A program made the position numbers and the translations under genes. From the NCBI GenBank assembly GCA_963846575.1, contig CAWJWJ010000002.1, forward strand, positions 128,001-192,000: a stretch of 64,000 nt of DNA, read 5' to 3'. This document shows positions 63,232-64,000 of the stretch, piece after piece; the stretch's first letter is position 1; each line of letters begins with the position of its first letter. The stretch comes from an uncultured Nitrospiraceae bacterium (GTDB lineage: Bacteria > Nitrospirota > Nitrospiria > Nitrospirales > Nitrospiraceae). The notes under the pieces were generated by a model. It was not told the origin of the DNA and made no database searches. It saw only the letters and a program-made list of their open reading frames with translations.

Positions 63232-64000
63232 ATGAATGCCTTTGCGGTCTCTGGGCTCCTCATAGGGCTGACCTCGACTGCGCTCGGATACTTTGTGTAT
63301 CTCAAGGGACGGGAACGATCGGTCAACCGTTTGTGGTTCTACTTCAGTCTCTCCGTTGCAGTGTGGGGATGGGGGGGGGATGTGGATCGGCCTCGCCAGA
63401 ACACCCCCAGAGGCGTTATTGGCTTGGCGTGTCGCATTTGCGTGTGGCGTAGTTTGGATTCCGATTTTGTTTGCACATTTTGTTACTGAATTCTGTGAGC
63501 GGCCTCGGAAGCATTTTTTCGCTATAAGTTATGCCCACGGGCTCCTCTTTGCTCCACTGGTATGGACCGATCTGTTTTTCAGCAATGTCCGGCCGGTGTT
63601 CTCCTTTTTTTATGCGACCCCCGGGTACGTGTTTCCCTATTTCGTCCTTTGGTGGATGGCTACGGTTGCGTATAGCCACGTTATACTCGCATCAACCGGT
63701 AGGCAGCGTACTGGGCAGAAGAAGACTCAGATCGCATATTTTCTCCTAGCTACGTCCATTGGCTACGTTTTCGGGGCGCTGGACTATCTCCCTATTTTTT
63801 CAATAGACCTCTACCCTTATGGGAATTTTGCAATCGTACTGTATCCCGTCATCATGACCTACGCAATTGTGCGCTACCGTCTACTAGATATTAGCGTAGT
63901 CCTGAACAAGGGATTGGCGTATGCGATAGTGCTCGGCATCATTGTAGTGGCCACCTCGATCGGGGCGGTCCTCAGTCAGCGCGCCACGGGATACTCCACC
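63232..64000 (+). CDS. 7TM (HisKA_7TM-like) membrane sensor, partial; frameshifts at homopolymers near 63375 and 63405
   Basis: Multi-TM; NRLWFYFSLSVAVWG; in the corrected frame YPYGNF and YAIVRYRLLDI; runs off the window. Confidence 0.75.

Noticed and set aside
1..64000. CRISPR array or rRNA
   Set aside because: No regularly spaced repeat-spacer array or rRNA-like sequence was seen.

Overview
Bacterial chromosomal window, probably Nitrospira-like. That assignment is inferred from a complete UBact-proteasome operon and the small-protein families. Left part: tRNA-Thr(CGT) at 1172-1247 is an integration hotspot. Its 45-bp 3' end recurs exactly at 13011-13055 and 16164-16208, delimiting two tandem integrative elements. 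Both have an int-xis-rep layout but use unrelated rolling-circle initiators. Element A (~11.8 kb) has a Rep_trans protein, an ICEBs1/Tn916-nic-like hairpin, stress/dormancy-type cargo and a CRP/FNR regulator with three matching palindromic promoters. Element B (~3.15 kb) has an HUH Rep and a DUF433/DUF5615 pair. A decayed att copy may lie at 24325. Middle part: accessory genes (DUF72, two orphan ModA-like proteins, a c-type heme protein, an RND efflux operon, CYTH-CHAD, membrane glyco-enzymes, a CHASE2-sigma54 activator, a TPR protein). Right part: yjbQ-htrA, then arc-dop-UBact-prcB-prcA-pafA, then an AT-richer locus with a PilZ-like/UndA-like diiron enzyme fusion followed by a 7TM sensor. Many genes carry single frameshifts, most likely sequencing or assembly indels.
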